A stretch of 64,000 nucleotides of DNA from assembly GCF_009914755.1 (NCBI RefSeq), contig NC_060927.1; one strand, written 5' to 3'. Position numbers and translations under genes: made by a program. Positions 45,934 through 64,000 of this stretch are shown one piece after another. The notes under the pieces are model-generated. The model saw only the letters and a program-made list of their open reading frames with translations. It searched no databases and was not told the origin of the DNA. Each line of letters opens with the position of its first letter. The stretch's first letter is position 1. The stretch is from the human T2T-CHM13v2.0 reference genome, Homo sapiens.

Positions 45934-47204
45934 ATAAGCACTTACTAAGTGTATTTAAATTAAAAATAAATACATAAATTATTACAAGAGAAATAAATAA
46001 AAGTCAATCCTAGAAGAATCTTCGATGGCAGAGATGGTGCCTTTCTTGGTCACTACCATGAACTTAGAATCCTATGAGCCAGGTACTTAGTAGGTACTCG
46101 AATATTTGTTTATTATTACTTTTGTTTTCCTTTATTGTTTCCAGTGGGGTTGGATCAAATATTTGTTAAAGCACATGAATAGATGAAAGGGGGAATTAAA
46201 GAGGTGAACCATATGATGAGCTTTCCTCACTCCACTACCAGTCTTCCACAAGAGTCCCATTGAGTCAGCAAAAGAGCTGTAGGTGTGTGCTTAGTGACTC
46301 CATTTTTATTTCCCCAAATCTAACCCCCTTCCTTGTGGAGGTCACAGAGTCATCACCCTCAGACATGGAAGTAAGGACCACATTCCTAGACCCATCATGT
46401 AAATAAGATTTTTTTAAAACAAAGGCCACTTATAGTGTTCTACTATAAGTAACTCTGAGATACCTTTATGAAAAAGGGAAGAGAATAGAAGAAATACACA
46501 TAAAGTGATGAGCTTGACTTATTAATTGCTTTCTTATAATGCTAAAGGAGGTATTTCAGGGAAGGATAAATCAAAGTGAGACTTTAAAAAAAAATCTAAT
46601 TCCCCTAGGTTCCTGACCTATATTCAGTCCTATAAATAAAAGCAGTATATTTTATTTATAATTACAGATTAATGAAAATCTCTAGATGCTTATGAATATA
46701 CAAATCCCTCATTATCTTCATTTATGAGAGAAACCTAGGATTACTTCTAACCTCCTGAATTTCAAATTTACCGAAGTCCCTATATTTCTTAAAGAAAACA
46801 CTAATTGCCTTTTTTACACACTGTATTTACTTTCATCATTTCACATTCAGGAGCAAATTTGCTAACTCCACTCACTGGTTTTCAAGAAGAAAGCTACATG
46901 CAGTCACTTAAAGGAGGGGAAATTCTTTGATTGGAAACATCCAATTAGTTCTTTTTACTTGCTTTACTTCCAAAGGAGACACTAAGATTAAACACCATGA
47001 ATAACCAGAAAAATAACTGCTCTGGCCATTTCCTCCTTCTCATTATAGGCACTACCATAAATAAATGAGTTTAGCACTGTAAAACATTTAGATGTATTAC
47101 AACCATTAAAAGACCTATCAACAAACAGTAGGTACTTTAAGAGTCTCCAGGGAAGGTCATAAAAAATAGGGTTTCTTTTATACTTGATTTTTCTCCAAGC
47201 CTGT

Positions 47205-47558
47205 TGATATGGTTTGGCTGTGTTCCCACACAACTCTCATCTTGAATTGTAATAATCCCCACGTGTCAAGGGCAGGACCAGGGGGAGATAATTGAATTAT
47301 GGAGGCAGTTTCCCCCATGCTGTTCTCCTGATAGTGAGTGAGTTGTCACAAGGTCTGATGGTTTTATAAGGGACTTCCTCCTTCACTGGGCTCTCATTCT
47401 TTCACCTGCCTCCATGTGAAAAGGTGCCTTCTGCCATGATTGTGTAAGTTTCCTGAGGCCTCCCCGGCCATGCATAGCTGTGAGTCAATTAAATCTCTTT
47501 TCTTTATAAATTACCCAGTCTTGGGTACTTCATAACAGTGTGAGAATGAACTAATACA
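47205..47558 (+). mobile_element. THE1 (THE1C/D-like) solo LTR
   Basis: tgatatggtttggctgtg...aaattacccagtcttggg...ctaataca; TSD cctgt/cctgg. Confidence 0.9.
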
Positions 47559-48587
47559 CCTGGTCTGACTAGATAAACTTAATTTCATATTTATTTAGCT
47601 AAGTATATTTTTGTCTTTATTCTCCAAAACTGTTTATTTAAAAGAAAATTGACATGCAATATTTGATTTTGTTTAGCGAGAATAATTCATAGTCTTGTCT
47701 TTTGAAGTGCTGTGGCTTCCAACTACAGTTTTTAACTGGTCACATCCACAGAGACTTATAAGAAATAACAACAGCAATAACCACCACTATTACCACAGAA
47801 AGGCCACCACACCCAGATTACTCAACCTCTTAGTGCTAAGCACTTTGCGTAGATGAGTTTCTTTAAGCTTTATAATCCAAAAAATTTAGTTTTATTGACC
47901 ACAATTTATGGAGATAGATTTGATAGAATTCAATTTAACATATGAGACAAAGATAAGATCTTTATAACTGCTACCACTTTTGTAATTGTACAGATATTTT
48001 TCAATAATCTTAAAGGTACAATAAATAAAGAAACACAGTTGAGGAAAAGTGGTCATAAGAAGAGCTGAGAAAATTTGTTGCAAATATGAAGGCTCTGCTC
48101 ATCTAACTGGTTTAGGACTAGAGTTTAGAATATCTAGAATATCTCTTGCCTGTCTCCTGCCCCTAAATCAAGTAGGAACATTACCCCCACATTTTCTACC
48201 TAATCCCTAATGATTACTAAACTATATCTCCAGGTTGACAAGGAAAAAGCCTTTAAGGTAAACAATAGGTCTCTTACATGATGGCAAGCCCATAGTTGGT
48301 GTGGATAAGTAGGTGCAACTGACTTAGTTGCAAACAGCAGCAGTCAGCTATAGGTTTATTCACTGGCTGTTTGACAGGTGTGCACCCATCAACCTAACAG
48401 CTACCTATAATGGTAACTTATTAAATTACACAGTCTTGATTGGTGTCCTGCCCTTCCCTGTCTCACTACCCTCCTGGTGTTCCTGGAATCACCTCCTGGA
48501 ATCCTTATCTTGGAATCTACTTATGAGAGATATAGGGTTATTGTGACAATTAAATGTGTAACAAATTCAAAATTTCACTCTGAGTAA

Positions 48588-48995
<408 letters not shown>

Positions 48996-50791
48996 TAGAA
49001 ACCTTTTTTTTTTTAAAATCCCAATGAACAATGAGTCTTCCTTGCTTTCTCGGTTGACACACAAAAAAATAATCCTTCGAATTCAAACATTGTCCATTCT
49101 TTCCATTTTTAATATTTTTACCATTTAACAAGATGGCCTCAGCTTATACTGGGTAGGATGTGTTTACTACGTCTCTGTAGAAGATGTAGAGATGGGAGCC
49201 TCTAAAACTTTAGTGGTTCTTTTGTAAAGTGGTTTAATGATGCTGCTCCCTTTGTGAATGACACTGCCATGCACTGGCCCCATTTGAAGCTTTGGGAAAC
49301 CATGACATTACCTTTGACTGAAATCCTTATCCCAGCCATTTTTTTTCTGCTTACGAGTTTCCTGTTTACAGCAGCCTCTTTAGGACTAGTCTTTCCCCTG
49401 GGGTGCACTAAATGTATGACTCTCATGTGTACTCTCCACAGGTCACAGTAAGTCAGAAGGGTTTCCACTGTTGCATTCAAGAAGCCTTTTTTCTATGTCA
49501 ATGTCATTTTAATCTAACTGTGGAATGTTGGACATACTGAGTGAGTATGAAGACTCTCCTAGAGGCTTATTAAGGAAACATACCACTAGACAATTCCCCA
49601 AATGTTTTCATGCTCCTCCATAATTATCTGGATATTTCTACCATCTGATATCCCATCCGGGTTCTACTCTGAAAGGCAGAAAAACCTGGACTCCTATCTC
49701 TTGCTTCTGTCCTATGTCTCTCCTACTTTTTATCTCTGTGATCCCAGCCAGATAGGATGAGCTTTCCTGTCCCTCTATGGCATATCAAGAGTTCTCTCAA
49801 CCCCAGTGTATAAAAATTCTCCATGATTTATGGACACAGATGTGGCTCAAGACTAGATAAATAAAGACATTTGGAATTGAGAAATCTCCACAAATCTTGC
49901 TTTTAAAGATCATTGTCTCAGTACACAGATCAAGAGACCACCCTAGAGGCTCAAAGTTGACCAATACCTCTATTCCTCACTCCCAGGACCCTGAGCCTCA
50001 TAGCTCAGTCTTAAAACATAAGGCTACAATCTAATGTGACTGAAGAGGAAAATGGAAATTTATCAGTGTAATATATCTAAGATATTATCTATGTCATATA
50101 TATATAAGGTGCCCAGAACACTATCCAGCTCATAGCAAGTGGACTCTTGGGTCCACTGCTAAGGTTTGAAAACATGATGGAAGGTCTAACTTTTGAATTG
50201 AACCCTGAAGGGATAAAAGTTGAATACAATGAGTTGGGCAAAAGCATTCCAAGCTGAAGGGAAAGTCTGAGCAGGAAATAGGGCATGAATTAGGAACCAA
50301 ATCATTAGAGGATTTTGAATATCAGACAAGAATTTTGTACTTTATTCTGTAGGCAATGAGGGGCATTGAAAGTAGGTCCTTTAGCGAGAACGGGGCATAG
50401 TCAGAGCTTTAAAAGAAAGATCAATATGTCAGCAATTGTGAAATAAAATGTCATCATTACTATATAGCAAATAAAAATGGAAACATTAGAATTCCAATAG
50501 GTAAGATCCCAGAATACAATGATTCTTAAGTAAGATATTCACCTTTCCCAATTATTGCTTTTTTTTTAAGTTTTTTTTCTTTTATTATTATACTTTAAGT
50601 TTTAGGGTACATGTGCACATTGTGCAGGTTAGTTACATATGTATACATGTGCCATGCTGGTGCGCTGCACCTACTAACTCGTCATCTAGCATTAGGTATA
50701 TCTCCCAGTGCTATCCCTCCCCCCTTCCCCCACCCCATAACAGTCCCCAGAGTGTGATGTTCCCCTTCCTGTGTCCATGTGATCTCATTGT

Positions 50792-54619
<3,828 letters not shown>

Positions 54620-54678
54620 ATGTTAGCTGGTGATTTTGCTCGTTAGTTGATGCAGTTTCTTCCTCGTCTCGATGGTCT

Positions 54679-55692
54679 TTACATTTTGGCATGATTTTGC
54701 AGTGGCTGGTACTGGTTGTTCCTTTCCATGTTTAGCGCTTCTTTCAGGAGCTCTTTTAGGGCAGGCCTGGTGGTGACAAAATCTCTCAGCATTTGCTTGT
54801 CTGTAAAGTATTTTATTTCTCCTTCACTTATGAAGCTTAGTTTGGCTGGATATGAAATTCTGGGTTGAAAATTCTTTTCTTTAAGAATGTTGAATATTGG
54901 CCCCCACTCTCTTCTGGCTTGTAGGGTTTCTGCTGAGAGATCCACTGTTAGTCTGATGGGCTTCCCTTTGAGGGTAACCCGAACTTTCTCTCTGGTTGCC
55001 CTTAACATTTTTTCCTTCATTTCAAGTTTGGTGAATCTGACAATTATGTGTCTTGCAGTTGCTCTTCTCAAGGAGTATCTTTGTGGCGTTCTCTGTATTT
55101 CCTGAATCTGAATGTTGGCCTGCCTTGCTAGATTGGGGAAGTTCTCCTGGATAATATCCTGCAGAGTGTTTTCCAACTTGGTTCCATTCTCCCCATCACT
55201 TTCAGGTACACCAATCAGATGTAGATTTGGTCTTTTCACATAGTCCCATACTTCTTGGAGGGTTTGCTCATTTCTTTTTATTCTTTTTTCTCTAAACTTC
55301 CCTTCTCGCTTCGTTTCATTCATTTCATCTTCCATTGCTGATACCCTTTCTTCCAGTTGATCGCATCGGCCCCTGAGGCTTCTGCATTCTTCATGTAGTT
55401 CTCGAGCCTTGGTTTTCAGCTCCATCAGCTCCTTTAAGCACTTCTCTGTATTGGTTATTCTAGTTATACATTCTTCTAAATTTTTTGCGAAGTTTTCAGC
55501 TTCTTTGCCTGTGGTTTGAATGTCCTCCCGTAGCTCAGAGTAATTTGATCGTCTGAAGCCTTCTCTCAGCTCGTCAAAGTCATTCTCTGTCCAGCTTTGT
55601 TCCGTTGCTGGTGAGGAACTGCGTTCCTTTGGAGGAGGAGAGGCACTCTGCTTTTTAGAGTTTCCAGTTTTTCTGTTCTGTTTTTTCCCCAT
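54679..55692 (-). CDS. L1 ORF1p, uninterrupted 337 aa
   Basis: MGKKQNRKTGNSK...YPAKLS...PLQNHAKM. One Glu is missing (DELREGFRR) and the REKG motif reads REKV. Confidence 0.85.
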   Translation of the reverse strand: MGKKQNRKTGNSKKQSASPPPKERSSSPATEQSWTENDFDELREGFRRSNYSELREDIQTTGKEAENFAKNLEECITRITNTEKCLKELMELKTKARELHEECRSLRGRCDQLEERVSAMEDEMNETKREGKFREKRIKRNEQTLQEVWDYVKRPNLHLIGVPESDGENGTKLENTLQDIIQENFPNLARQANIQIQEIQRTPQRYSLRRATARHIIVRFTKLEMKEKMLRATREKVRVTLKGKPIRLTVDLSAETLQARREWGPIFNILKEKNFQPRISYPAKLSFISEGEIKYFTDKQMLRDFVTTRPALKELLKEALNMERNNQYQPLQNHAKM

Positions 55693-56593
55693 CTTTGTGG
55701 TTTTATCTACTTTTGGTCTTTGATGATGATGTACAGATGGGTTTTTGGTGTGGATGTCCTTTCTGTTTGTTAGTTTTCTTTCTAACAGACAGGACCCTCC
55801 GCTGCAGGTCTGTTGGAGTACCCTGCAGTGTGAGGTGTCAATGTGCCCCTGTTGGGGGGTGCCTCCCAGTTAGGCTGCTCGGGGGTCAGGGGTCAGGCAC
55901 CCACTTGAGGAGGCAGTCTGCCCCTTCTCAGATCTCCAGCTGCATACTGGGAGAACCACTGCTCTCTTCAAAGCTGTCAGACAGGGACATTTAAGTCTGC
56001 AGAGGTTACTGCTGTCTTTTTGTTTGTCTGTGCCCTGCCCCCAGAGGTGGAGCCTACAGAGGCAGGCAGGCCTCCTTGAGCTGTGGTGTGCTCCACCCAG
56101 TTCGAGCTTCCCAGCTGCTTTGTTTACCTAAGCAAGCCTGGGCAATGGCGGGCGCCCTTCCCCCAGCCTCGCTGCCGCCTTGCAGTTTGATTTCAGACTG
56201 CTGTGCTAGCAATCAGCAAGACTCCGTGGGCGTAGGACCCTCCGAGCCAGGTGCGGGATATAATCTCGTGGTGCGCCATTTTTTAAGCCCTTCGGAAAAG
56301 CGCAGTATTGGGGTGGGAGTGACCCGATTTTCCAGGTGCCATCTGTCACCCCATTGACTAGGAAAGGGAACTCCCTGACCCCTTGCGCTTCCCGAGTGAG
56401 GCAATGCCTCACCCTGCTTCGGCTCGCGCATGGTGCGCGCACCCACTGACCTGTGCCCACTGTCTGGCACTCCCTAGTGAGATGAACCTGGTACCTCAGA
56501 TGGAAATGCAGAAATCACCAGTCTTCTGTGTCGCTCACGCTGGGAGCTGTAGACCGGAGCTCTTCCTATTCGGCCATCTTGGCTCCTCCAGCC
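55693..56593 (-). promoter_or_regulatory. L1 5'UTR bidirectional promoter (sense leftward, antisense rightward)
   Basis: Intact YY1 motif AAGATGGCC; relatively CpG-rich. Confidence 0.85.
56145..56357 (+). CDS. L1 ORF0-like antisense ORF, 70 aa
   Basis: MAGALPPASLPPCSLISDCCASNQQDSVGVGPSEPG..., start context gcaATGg, two cag|gt donor-like sites (~56251, ~56336). Confidence 0.65.
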   Translation: MAGALPPASLPPCSLISDCCASNQQDSVGVGPSEPGAGYNLVVRHFLSPSEKRSIGVGVTRFSRCHLSPH

Positions 56594-57600
56594 CCCAATT
56601 ATTGTTTTGTGCCAAAATAGAAACTGGTCAAAATGCCAGAACCAACAGTGATAGCCATTATAAAAATAATCATATAGTATGAATAGATGACAGATAATTT
56701 ATTAAAGAAGAATGTATTATTCTCCATCAATTGGTGTACTTTCCAAAATGAACTCTGCTTTCATTAATTTTAGTATTTACAATTATTTTCAATTGCAGCA
56801 ACTTTTTTAAGAAAACATTTTAGAAGTAACTTACCAACTCCCTAAACCACTTAAAACATGTACCTCATCACTTGTCTAAACTCTTTCTGGTTAGTTGATC
56901 TCATGCCTAATAATTATGACAAAAGCAGACAGTCTCAACTTACTTGTCAGCAGACTTAAATATGACCAGCTGAAAAGAGATTTCACAGTACTAAAATATC
57001 CTAACAAATGTACATGAGACATCCACTAGTATAGTGTGAAATATTAACATAAATATTTTACCCATAAGTGGCATTTGTTAAAAATAAAGTGCACGGGTGT
57101 CCCGGATTTTCTGAGAGAGCTTTGCATAACTTCTAATTCACAACTTTGATAATTGCCAGAGTGGCCAAGAGCTCAGAAAAGCATTTTCCCACAAGGTTTT
57201 CAAATATAGCTGCCACAAATGTCAAAGATTCTTTTAATTTTAGTATCATCCCAGCTAATTCTGAGCATCAGAAAAATATTTTGTTTTATTTTGGATCTAC
57301 TAAAAAGGAAATGCTAGCAACAACAACAACAAATCCTCCAGGGCATTCATTACCTACATCATGCATGGGAGAACTGAATTTAGCTTTTAAAAGTTAAAGT
57401 GGAACTTGAAACAGAGCAAAATGAAGTCAAGTGTACTGTGAAAAATTCATGATTTCAAAATGGAAGCAAGGTCATATTTTATTGGTAATCTTTAAATAGG
57501 TTTAGAAAGACTGCAATGTAGCATGGAGAATTTGGTATTTGGGCTCATCTGATTCCGCTCTTTATTCAGACAAAATCTGAGCTATAGAAATCAAATATAA

Positions 57601-57889
<289 letters not shown>

Positions 57890-58688
57890 AGGAGTGCTAA
57901 TTTCAGTTGGCTTCCAACAAGACCTTATCCAAGCTACATATTGCTATTTTCAAAAATAATTGATATGTAAATTTAAAATCAAATAATTACATATTTACGT
58001 GAAGTATATCTGTATGTTAAAAGCAAACACACAGCATAAACAGATACAGTGTATTAAAATGGATTTTATTTTCACCATCTCACCCCACTGACATTAGCAC
58101 GATATGACAGTAAATGTCTTTTTTGCTGGCTCAATATAACATTGTGTCAAAGGAACTAACAGCATACAATGCATAATATATCAATATTAGTCATTTTTCC
58201 CTTTATAAATCATATCTCAAAATGTATGCAATATTCTTTAAATATAACACTTAAAATGCATATGCAATGATGAAATATAGCAGGATTGCCAAAACTGATG
58301 AATATCTCAGAGATATTGCCATTGTTTTTCCTGGAAAATACTTCTTTGGAAAAAGTGAGACATCTTTGAGATCAAAATAAACACCTGTCAAAGGAATGTC
58401 TTGGGAACCCCAAATAGCATTTCTAAAGAGATAAAAGAATGTTGTAGTCTTCCAGAAAGGAAATCAAGTGGAAGTAGATATTAATTCAGCACTACAGAGA
58501 CAATCTGGAGAAAACAGAGGCATTGTTTTCTAAAGAAATTGGCTTTTGTAACATAAAGGAGATACAACTCTGGGAGTGAAAGTTGTCACAGTGATACATA
58601 TCACACAACGGAAATGCCAAACGAAACCATCACCACTTGAAATCAAACTTGATTCAAGTTACTCAGGTAAAATACCACCATGGGTGGC

Positions 58689-58692
<4 letters not shown>

Positions 58693-58720
<28 letters not shown>
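58693..58720. repeat. Pure T28 tract
   Basis: Seen directly; no attached retroelement body. Confidence 0.9.
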
Positions 58721-58725
<5 letters not shown>

Positions 58726-59992
58726 AGCAGCCTAACGGTGTTTAAGGAGGAAAACTTAATTGATAATGCACTTTGCTCAATTATAAATAAGCTGACTGGG
58801 AAAGAAGTGGGCATGATGGAAAGCAAAATTTGAATGAAGCTGTTATTCTTTTAATCTATAAAAACATTACATCCAAGTTTAGACTCATTGAGCTCTAAAT
58901 ATTTGGGAAAACATATTTAAAGAAATTATATAGGTTTGATCCAAAATCTCTTTGGCACAACTTGAAATATGGGTAATCGTCATGTGAAATTTGTGAATAG
59001 GAGAACCCACTGTAGGATACTTAATATAAATCAGCCACATAATTTCTATCACTGATATCCAGGGAATTTCAATGACAAATCTAGTGATAAAAATTGATAA
59101 AACATTTTTGATAGTTTTGATACAAGTGAAAGTCATGGGATATCAGACTTAAAAGAAACCTCAGTGCTATCAAGTCTGATGTCAGTAATTTTTGGAGGAG
59201 ACTGAAGTGCAGTGAGACTATCCAAAGTCAGACATGGGGAAAAGCAGAGTCATCCCTCCTAGGCTGCCAAAATCCTCCCCATCCAAGCTCATCCTTGAAG
59301 CCCTCACTTAAGACAAAGTTCCTCCCATCCCTTCTGCCTGCTCTGGCATGGTCTGAACCATTTGCCTATTAATTGCCCTGCCTGGTTTCATTTGTTCTTT
59401 TTGCTGTATTTAAACTGTGGGAATTCTATTGTTCACCTTTTTCTTGCTCAACTGAACTGTGACACTGCTAGGAATGCCGAAGCAGGGTTTTAGGTTCTCA
59501 GGATGTTTAAGAGTTGGAGAAAGCACTCAATGAGTCTTGTGAATAATTTTGTGGAAACTGCACTCCCAATGACAGGCTCTGGCATCTCACTCTAAGGTAA
59601 GTAACAGGTGAGGCACTGCCCTTTGATAACCAGGACGTGGATTCTAGAATTGGTTATGTCCATTCACACAATGTGTTCATCTCCTCTCTGGCTATCCTTC
59701 TGATGACTCAGAAGTCGCAACCCCAAGTTGGTTCTTTCAGGGCCCTGGCTTGCTCATCCCCTTTATGATTCTCCTTTATTCTTCTGTACCTGGGTATTCA
59801 TTTCATGTCCACCCTCATCATCATTCTGGAGACAAAGATGCAGACATGTACTGGCAGAATCTGAGCATGCAAAAACCTTCCGTAACACTCAGAGTCTTAT
59901 ACCTTTCTCTCATCTGGCATTATTTACTATGATAGGGTGAAGGAAACAACTATGTCTGTTCTTTGCATTTGACTGCATTGTCCAGTTTCTAG

Positions 59993-60306
<314 letters not shown>

Positions 60307-60904
60307 ACCTAGTGGCTTAAATACATTTAAAGCATCATAGCTCAACCTCTAAATTGCACTGCAGCATACACAGCTAAATCCCCGTAGTTCTTCTGCAACA
60401 AAACACAGCAACCCAGCATGTTTTCTCATCTACATTCTACATTCATACCTCATTCTTAGGGACCAATTGGGGATACTAGGCTGTACCTCCCAGAACCCTT
60501 TTTAGAACTAAAGAATTATTTTCACAGCTGCTGAAAGTGCTGCAGGCTAGAAGTCTTCACCCTGAAGCCCTCTCTGGGACCTGCCCTTGACAAAAGATAC
60601 CACCTTCTCCAAGGTCAAGCCCCCTTCCCAGAATCAAGAATTGCTAGAATCAAGAATCAAGAGAATCAAGAATCAAGGCTTCCTACCCTCACTTAAACTC
60701 AGGGCAATTCTGAAGAGCCAACCCAGCTTCAGAGCTCCCCTACAGCAATGTGTTACAATTTTGTTATAACTGCATCTTAGCATTCCAATATCTCTTTGTC
60801 TAGTCCTGGCTTCTTCCCTTCCCCACAGGGGAACACTACCTATAACAAGCCTTAGCATCCCTCCATTTTTAATTTTTCATATTAGTGACCTGCCTTTCAT
60901 CCTC

Positions 60905-61570
60905 TGTTCATTCACTCAATGAATATTGTCAGAGTACCTACTATACACCAGGCATTATTTTGGGTGCTGGTTATTCAGCAATGAACAAGGCTAGAAAGGC
61001 CCTGCCATCACAGAGTTGCCATTTCAGTAAGGGAAGAAGGCAATAAACATATAATTTACTATCACATAGGGGTAATGCTTGAAGGAAAATTAATTGAACT
61101 GTAACAGTACAGAGTTATTGGGAGGAAGCATTTATTTAAACAGAAAAGACCAGAGAAGACCCCTATGGGGGGAGTGAGATGGAACTGATAACTGAATGAA
61201 GTGACAGAATGAACCATGCAAAGACATAAAAAATTGCATTCAAAGCAGAAGAAAGAACAAGTGCAAAGTTCCCAGGGCTCAAATAATATGTAATTTTGAA
61301 GAATGGTTAGGACAGTTTGGTTAGAGTAGAGTGAAAAGGGGAGAAATTGATAGGAGATAAACTCAAAGACAGAGGCAGCAGTTCCTGCAGAGCCTTGTAG
61401 AGGTAAAGAGGTCATATTTTATTCTGAATGTGATAAGAATCTACTGCAGGAACAGGGGAGGACACGGTCCAATTGATGTTTGAAAAGATTATTCTGGCTA
61501 TTGTATGGAAAGAAACTGAGGGGGCAAGGGTAGGAGCAGGAAGATCCCCTAGGAGGATAATGCCTGTTGC
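60905..61570 (-). mobile_element. L2 fragment
   Basis: ttcattcactcaatgaatattg...gtacctactatacaccaggc...gaaaagattattctggct. Confidence 0.7.
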
Positions 61571-61939
61571 CGAGGAAACACAGCCTCATTTGGGTTTCAG
61601 ATAATGCCAAAAATGAAACAAAAAAAATTCACAGAAAATACAGAATGAGTTCAGCATGTGGACTACATTGATGTTGCCTTATACTCTGTGTCTTCATCTT
61701 CCTTCTCCTTTTCTGTTTCTTCACTTTTGATACTAATAGCCCAGAGCTGACCTCACTGTATAAAGGACACAGTGATCACCACTAGGGCAGGAAAATAAAA
61801 TTAACACCCAACTCTTAGAAGACCCCCCACAGGAAACAAAAGTAGCTGATGCTGTGGTTTACAACACACAATCGCAAACAAATGGATAAGAAACAAAAAA
61901 AAAGAAATAGAAAAAAATCAGTTATAGATAAAGAAACAT

Positions 61940-62212
61940 CTGCTCTCAGACCCAAATATGAGCCAAAGAAGAAAACTTAAGGAAAATATTAAAATATTTT
62001 GAACTAGTATAGCTAACCAAGAAAAAAAGAGAAGATACAAATTTGCATTGTTATAAATAAAAGAAGAACCATCACTGCTGATTCAAGGACACGTAAAAAA
62101 TAAAAAGGGGATACTACAAACAACGCTATGCCTGTTCAATAACTTAGATCAAATGGGCTAATTCTTGAAAGACACAAACTATTGAAACTGACTCAGGGAG
62201 AAATAGATAATC
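61940..62212 (+). mobile_element. Old L1M ORF2 fragment
   Basis: aataacttagatcaaatgggctaattcttgaaagacacaaact...gaaatagataatct. Confidence 0.6.
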
Positions 62213-62221
62213 TTTAAAAAA

Positions 62222-64000
62222 ATTTTTTTTTATTCTAAGTTCTGGGATACATGTGCAGAATGTGCAGGTTTGTTACATAGGTATACAAGTGCCATGGTGG
62301 TTTGTTGCACCCATCAACCCATCATCTACATTAGGTATTTCTCCTAATGCTATCCCTCCTGTAGTCCCCCACCCACCAACAGGCCCCGGTATGTGATGTT
62401 CTCTTCCCTGTGTCCATGTGTACTCATGGTTCAACTACCACTTAAAAGTGAGAACATGAGGTGTTTGATTTTCTGTTCTTGTGTTAGTATGCTGAGAATG
62501 ACGGTTTCCAGCTTCATCCATGTCCCTGCAAAGGACATGAACTCTTCCTTTTTTATGGCTGCATAGTATTCCATGGTGTTTATGTGCCACATTTTCTTTA
62601 TCCGGTCTATCTTTGATGGGCCTTTGGGTTAGTTCCAAGTATTTGCTATTGTGAACAGTGCTGCAATAAGCACACGTGTGCATGTATCTTTATAGTAGAA
62701 TGATTTATAATCCTTGGGGTATATACCCAGTAATGGGATTGCTGGGTCAAATGGTATTTCTGGTTCTAGATCCTTGAGGAATTGCCACACTGTCTTCCAC
62801 AATGGTTCAACTAATTTACACTCCCACCAATAGTGTAAAAGCATTCCTATTTCTCCACATCCTCTCCAGCATCTGTTGTTTCCTGACTTTTTAGTGATCA
62901 CCATTCTAACTGGCATGAGATGGTATCTCATTGTGGTTTTGATTTGCATTTCTCCAATGATCAGTGATGATGAGCTTTTTTTTCATATGTTTGTTGGCTG
63001 CAAAAATGTCTTTTGAGAAGTGTTTGTTCATATCCTTCACCTACTTTTTGATGGGGTTGTTTGCTTTTTCTTGTAAATTTAAGTTCTTTGTAGATTCTAG
63101 ATATTAGCCCTTTGTCAGATGAGTAGATTGCAAAAATTTTCTCCCATTCTGTAAACTGCCTGTTCACTCTGATGATATTTTCATTTGCTGTGCAGAAGCT
63201 CTTTAGTTTGATTAGATCCCATTTGTCAATTTTGGCTTCTGTGGCCATTGCTTTGCTGTTTTAGTCATGAAGTGTTTGCCCATGCCTATGTCCTGAATGG
63301 TATTGCCTAGGTTTTCTTCTAGGGTTTTTATGGTTTTAGGTCTTTTGTTTAAGTCTTTAATCCATCTTGAGTTAATTTTTGTATAAGGTGTAAGGAAGGG
63401 GTCCAGTTTTAGTTTTCTGGATATGGTTAGCCAGTTTTCCCAACACCATTTATTAAATAGGGAATCCTTTTCCCATTACTTGTTTTTTTCAGGTTTGTCA
63501 AAGATCAGATGGTTGTAGACATGTGGTATTATTTCTGAGGCCTGTGTTCTGTTCCATTGGTCTGTCTATCTGTTATGGTACCAGCACCATGCTGTTTAGG
63601 TTACTGTAGCCTTGTAGTATAGTTTGAAGTCAGGTAGTGTGATGCCTCCGGCTTTGTTCTTTGTGCTTAGGATTGTCTCTATACAGGCTCGTTTTTGGTC
63701 CCATATGAAATTTAAAGTAGTTTTTTCTAATTCTGTGAAGAAAGTCAATGGCAGCTTGATGGGGATAGCATTGAATCTTTCAATTACTTTGGCAGTATGG
63801 CCATTTTCACGATATTGATTCTTCCTATCCATGAGCATGGAATGTTTTTCCATTTGTTTGTGTCCTCTCTCATTTCCCTGAGCAGTGGTTTGTAGTTCTC
63901 CTTGAAGAAGCCCTCCACATCCCTTGTAAGTTGTATTCCTAGGTAGTTTATTCTCTTTGTAGCAATTGTGAATGGGAGTTCATTCATGGTTTGACTCTCT
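62222..64000 (-). mobile_element. L1PA7-like 3' portion, continues past the window edge; ORF2 frameshifted
   Basis: tctgggatacatgtgcagaatgtgcaggtttgttacataggtatac 3'UTR; fragmented ORF2 ORFs at 62629-63987. Confidence 0.9.

Noticed and set aside
60629-60678. (AGAATCA)n cluster, and the 28640-28805 and 18932-18968 short repeats, as a CRISPR-like or functional array
   Set aside because: Irregular slippage-type duplications without constant repeat-spacer structure, in eukaryotic DNA.

Overview
Primate (human or great-ape-like) AT-rich, repeat-dense DNA. I could not support any host protein-coding exon, RNA gene or CRISPR array. Nearly all long ORFs in the track are LINE-1 ORF1/ORF2 or their alternative/antisense frames. 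The window holds five primate L1PA insertions, older L1PB/L1M debris, eight Alus, ERV/MaLR solo LTRs, DNA-transposon remnants and L2/MIR fragments. The unusual content is structural. (1) L1 407-3263 carries a 3' transduction (MER1-like fragment, second poly(A)) inside its TSDs. (2) L1 19483-25915 has its whole 5'UTR inverted (twin priming) and traps about 290 bp of GC-rich donor-locus upstream DNA (5' transduction). (3) That L1 landed inside one arm of an older ~740-bp inverted duplication of local DNA. (4) These two L1s, from different subfamilies, share an identical private frameshift in a short tract, pointing to ectopic gene conversion. (5) There is also a 5'-inverted, 3'-truncated L1 with no TSD, a ~90-bp templated inverted insertion, and a full-length L1PA2-like element with open ORF1 and ORF0. 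I see no evidence of a new protein-coding system. Subfamily names come from recalled diagnostic nucleotides and need RepeatMasker confirmation.
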